In this document: piece after piece, positions 60,511 through 64,000 of the stretch
Layout of the letters: each line of letters starts with the position of its first letter
Numbering within the stretch: position 1 is the stretch's first letter
NCBI GenBank assembly: GCA_039194925.1
Contig: JBCCVV010000006.1
Location: 205 to 64,204, forward strand
Source: Bacteroidota bacterium
GTDB taxonomy: Bacteria > Bacteroidota > Bacteroidia > Chitinophagales > Saprospiraceae
Direction: 5' to 3'
Length of the DNA: 64,000 nucleotides
The notes under the pieces: model-generated
Seen by the model: the letters and a program-made list of their open reading frames with translations, nothing else
Databases searched by the model: none
Told to the model about the DNA's origin: nothing
Position numbers and translations under genes: made by a program

Positions 60511-61142
60511 AGTGGTGCAAAAATACTGAAGTTGTCCAAGAATTCCAAGGCATATCGAGCTAGAGGGCTTGTGTTTATTGACAATACTTCTTGCGGTTCT
60601 TCAGGACAGGCTGTTTTTCTTTTCATAGCCATTACTACGGGATGAAGGAGCGATCGAAGAAAATCATCAGAGTTGGTCTAATGAATGAACCGAAAACATA
60701 CCTTTTTGCTTATCAAAAATGCCACCAATATTTTGATTTTAGCCAATACTTAGCCCTAGATTGCAATACTAAGCTGCATATTTATAAGTCATACAATCTT
60801 GTATGTGTAGAGTCAAAGACCACCAACTACTTTTAGTGTATAATAGAAATTAGGATTTGTCGGTTGAAATGCTGAGAGGAAGGACTTTTTGAGTTGAGAA
60901 ATGGCTTCGATTATGCAAAATCATTGTACAAAAATCAATTTAAAACACTATTTTTTGGTCTAAATACTCCCACTAAAATTGACATAATTTTTCAAATCAT
61001 TTTATATCAAGACAATTACACAAAACCTTAATACAAACTTGTCCAGATCTTTTTACACGCAGGTGAAAATAAATGATAACTTTACCGACAATTTTGAAAT
61101 GGGATACACCACTTCCGTGTAGAAAATTTAAGCTAGAGTTTT

Positions 61143-62510
61143 ATGTTTGCAGCAATTATTGTCTTATTCATTCTCGGTTATCTTACCATCGTTTTAGAGC
61201 ATCCTTTAAATTTAGATAAAACTGTTCCCGCATTAATTATGGGGGCGGGGTGTTGGGCCCTATTGGCTATTGGTTTTAATAATGGCTGGCTGACGGCCGT
61301 TGATTCACATGAGCATATTTTTGATATGGCGGGTGGACATTCAGAAGACGCAGAGCATGGATTTACCAACGCATTACTCCATCATCTGGGCAAAACAGCT
61401 GAAATTCTAGTGTTTTTGATCGGTGCTATGACCATTGTTGAGATTATTGACCTGCATAGAGGTTTCGAAATTCTGAAAGGTTGGGTCAATACAAAAAGTA
61501 AGAAAAGATTGCTATGGATTATTGGAATTTTAGCCTTTATCCTTTCTGCGATTATTGATAACCTTACTGCGACAATAGTTTTGGTTACACTTCTGCGAAA
61601 GATCATTGCGGACAAAAAAGAAAGACTTTGGTATGCTTCATTGGTAGTGATTGCCGCCAATGCTGGTGGTGCATGGTCTCCGATCGGGGATGTCACCACT
61701 ACAATGCTTTGGATTGGTAAACAAGTGACTACCGTTGGTTTGGTAAAATGGTTGGTCATACCATCACTAGTCTGTTTCATTATTCCCTTCATTATTGCTT
61801 CGTTTAAGAAAGAATTTCAGGGAGAGATTATTGTCAACGCGGAAGAAGATACTCGGGCCGAAAAACTATTATCCAGTCAAACCATGCTTTTCCTTGGTTT
61901 GGGAATGATCGTTTTTGTGCCATTTTTTAAGACATTTACCCACTTGCCGCCTTATTTAGGCATGATGCTGTCCTTAGGTGTTGTATGGTTGGTGTCTGAA
62001 TACATTCATCCGGAAGAAGATTTTGACGAAGAACGGAAGCATTTATATTCAGCACACATCGCCCTATCAAGAATTGAGATGTCAAGTATTTTGTTCTTCT
62101 TGGGTATTCTGATGGCAGTGGCTGCATTGGAAACCGTCGTAGTGGATGGAGTGGGAGCTTTGCGTTATGCTGCCCAAGGGCTGGATAATGCGATTCCAAA
62201 TCAAGATATAGTCGTTATGCTTTTGGGTGTAGGCTCTGCTATAATTGACAATGTGCCTCTGGTAGCTGCTTCAATGGGTATGTATGATATGGCTGTTTAT
62301 CCAGCCGATAGTAAATTGTGGCATTTTATCGCTTATGCGGCAGGTACCGGTGGAAGTATGTTGATCATCGGCTCAGCTGCAGGCGTTGCCGCCATGGGAA
62401 TGGAAAAAATAGATTTCATCTGGTATTTAAGAAAGATTTCCTGGTTGGCTGCGATTGGCTTTGTAGCGGGTGCTTTGGTATTTTTGGGGATGTATTCGTT
62501 CATGACCTGA
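61143..62510 (+). CDS. nhaD: Na+/H+ antiporter, NhaD family
   Basis: 455-aa polytopic protein with LGKTAEILVFLIGAMTIVEIID, IIDNLTAT and AIIDNVPLVAA duplicated motifs, typical of NhaD/ArsB-superfamily antiporters. Confidence 0.7.
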   Translation: MFAAIIVLFILGYLTIVLEHPLNLDKTVPALIMGAGCWALLAIGFNNGWLTAVDSHEHIFDMAGGHSEDAEHGFTNALLHHLGKTAEILVFLIGAMTIVEIIDLHRGFEILKGWVNTKSKKRLLWIIGILAFILSAIIDNLTATIVLVTLLRKIIADKKERLWYASLVVIAANAGGAWSPIGDVTTTMLWIGKQVTTVGLVKWLVIPSLVCFIIPFIIASFKKEFQGEIIVNAEEDTRAEKLLSSQTMLFLGLGMIVFVPFFKTFTHLPPYLGMMLSLGVVWLVSEYIHPEEDFDEERKHLYSAHIALSRIEMSSILFFLGILMAVAALETVVVDGVGALRYAAQGLDNAIPNQDIVVMLLGVGSAIIDNVPLVAASMGMYDMAVYPADSKLWHFIAYAAGTGGSMLIIGSAAGVAAMGMEKIDFIWYLRKISWLAAIGFVAGALVFLGMYSFMT

Positions 62511-62559
62511 TTCCTATTCATGATATTTAGAAAGTAACTTGAAGATTTTAAAGAGGATG

Positions 62560-62755
62560 TTTCACCGAGAAGTTCGAAGAAGACACCAAGAACCACTAAG
62601 ATTTATTTAGTATAACGCAAACCTTTCCGTGCTACCCCGTGACTTCTCCGAGAAATTCCGTGAAATACCCTCGTGCCAACCAATTTCTCGACTACGCTCA
62701 AAATGACAAATCTTGTATATCTCTTCAATTTTTCCAATCTTTCTAATCTTTAATT
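62560..62755 (+). repeat. Dispersed composite intergenic element, copy C (longest)
   Basis: caccaagaaccactaag (62584-62600). Then phased CCGTG/CCGAG motifs at 62627, 62637, 62648 and 62658, including gacttctccgagaaattccgtgaaa (62641-62665). Then ctcttcaatttttccaatctttctaatctttaatt (62721-62755). Confidence 0.5.
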
Positions 62756-62790
62756 ATTTGAGATATATTTGCCAGCAATTAATAGTTTGA

Positions 62791-63306
62791 ATGAGTATTC
62801 GCCTGCAACAATTGCTTTTTTTATTTCTGATTCTTTGTTTTTCAATGGAGACATCGGCTCAATCTTCAGCTATCAAGACTGGGCCAGTGGGCTACGCGTT
62901 TGGATTCGTTGGTATTTGTTACGAAAAAGTATTAAGTGATCATGGTTCATTTCAAGCAACTCTAAATCCTTATAATAAGGTGAAAGATTACGATGGCACA
63001 TCTTATGGAGCTAGTCTAGAATATCGGTTGTACATTACAAACAAAGAAGTACTAAATGGATTTTACATCTCTCCGAATATCGGTTTCACTTTGGGTAATC
63101 TGACAGAACAAGACACTACAGTTGAACGAAATGCTAACGCGTTTCATCTAGTTGGTAAACTGGGGTATCAATGGATTTGGACCAATAACATACTAGTAGA
63201 TCTCAGTCTAGGACCCAAATTTTCTTTTGGCCAAGATGATTCCATAGCTCCGGAATTTGACGGGACGCATCCAGACGTAAATTTTGCTATCGGCTATATT
63301 TTCTGA
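62791..63306 (+). CDS. Hypothetical small outer-membrane beta-barrel-like protein
   Basis: Signal peptide ...FSMETSAQ, alternating beta-strand pattern, C-terminal ...NFAIGYIF. Confidence 0.55.
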   Translation: MSIRLQQLLFLFLILCFSMETSAQSSAIKTGPVGYAFGFVGICYEKVLSDHGSFQATLNPYNKVKDYDGTSYGASLEYRLYITNKEVLNGFYISPNIGFTLGNLTEQDTTVERNANAFHLVGKLGYQWIWTNNILVDLSLGPKFSFGQDDSIAPEFDGTHPDVNFAIGYIF

Positions 63307-63403
63307 TATCTGATACTACGATCTATTATATTAGGTATTTTAGGACCATAGTATCCCAAGAAGTCCGCTATAACATTATGTTCTTTCTTTCGTTGTAAGT
63401 TAT

Positions 63404-64000
63404 ATGAATAAAAGAATTCCCAATTTGTTTCAATCCGCCAAGACAACATTTTACTTTCTAGCCATTATCTTCTTAAATCCATTTCAATTACAAAGTCAGA
63501 ATTATCTTATGGATGCGGGTCATTCGAGTTACCATGCGGGTGCTGTAATTGAATACAATACGTTCGAAAACTATTATGCCCTATTACCAGGATATACGTA
63601 CAAGGGCAGACTCACCGTAGGTTTTGATATTGGCAAAAATGATGATCTGGTTAATGGGTTCAATAGTACCGTGTTGCGGCCTAATGCAGGTTTTCTGGTA
63701 TTTAAACAAGGGGCGGATAACTCTCCAATTAGCGTAAATATCAATATGGCCTATCAAGTCAATTACCTTCTCGATCTAGATGTAAGCGCAAATACTGTTC
63801 AGTTTGGAATGGGATTTTATAAAGAATATGTCCCTCTGGAAAATGTTCGAGTCATACCCGGCATTGTAATCGAAGGCAATAAAGCCAATAATGACATAAA
63901 TCCCAACTTTGAAGATTCAGTATTCTTTTCTTACGGTGTGCAAACTACGATTCTTTGGAATAATTATTACATCACTCCCAAAGTGGAGTCCTTTGATGGA
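63404..64000 (+). CDS. Hypothetical secreted/outer-membrane protein, 3'-truncated by the window edge
   Basis: My own translation from ATG 63404 gives 199 stop-free codons to the window end (MNKRIPNLFQSAKTTFYFLAIIFLNPFQLQSQNYLMDAG...). It is absent from the ORF track, presumably because it has no stop. Confidence 0.5.
   Translation, partial: MNKRIPNLFQSAKTTFYFLAIIFLNPFQLQSQNYLMDAGHSSYHAGAVIEYNTFENYYALLPGYTYKGRLTVGFDIGKNDDLVNGFNSTVLRPNAGFLVFKQGADNSPISVNINMAYQVNYLLDLDVSANTVQFGMGFYKEYVPLENVRVIPGIVIEGNKANNDINPNFEDSVFFSYGVQTTILWNNYYITPKVESFDG

Noticed and set aside
60591-60836. 81-aa ORF in the dusB-nhaD spacer.
   Set aside because: It has a TTG start, an odd composition and no recognisable features. 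It lies in a divergent promoter region.

Overview
Bacteroidota-type chromosomal segment, inferred from canonical T9SS type A and type B C-terminal sorting domains, SprB-like repeats and TAnnTTTG-type promoter boxes. All domain names come from reading motifs by eye, not from HMM searches. nt 2-36851 (58% of the window) holds three same-strand giant paralogous surface-protein genes of >=5445, 3015 and 3634 codons. They share a colinear ~5.6-kb 3' block: one SprB-like cassette, 15 positionally matching Big_2-like units, cadherin/VCBS-like repeats and a ~300-aa C-terminal module. Their 5' 'heads' differ and are built from shuffled lectin-like modules (GEVED, MAM, PA14, CBM-like, CBM4_9-like, discoidin-like, two uncharacterised modules). 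The shared C-terminal module has paired dockerin-like loops, ends in LIEQVPE, and does not look like either known T9SS sorting domain, although three smaller neighbouring secreted proteins carry textbook ones. I consider this the best candidate for something undescribed. ORF1 also contains nine exact 432-nt in-frame tandem units with an 864-nt higher-order pattern. The remaining 27 kb is mostly ordinary: murQ plus a Na+/solute symporter, upp, an mdaB-peroxiredoxin-Rieske operon with a divergent HxlR regulator, sseA, small enzymes, secreted and outer-membrane proteins, a SMUG-like UDG, a 1390-aa HYR-like T9SS protein, dusB and nhaD. Smaller oddities are a tubby/YxjI-like gene split by one in-frame TAG, a dispersed composite intergenic repeat family, and heptamer repeats abutting stop codons. 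I saw no rRNA, tRNA, CRISPR, transposase or integrase.
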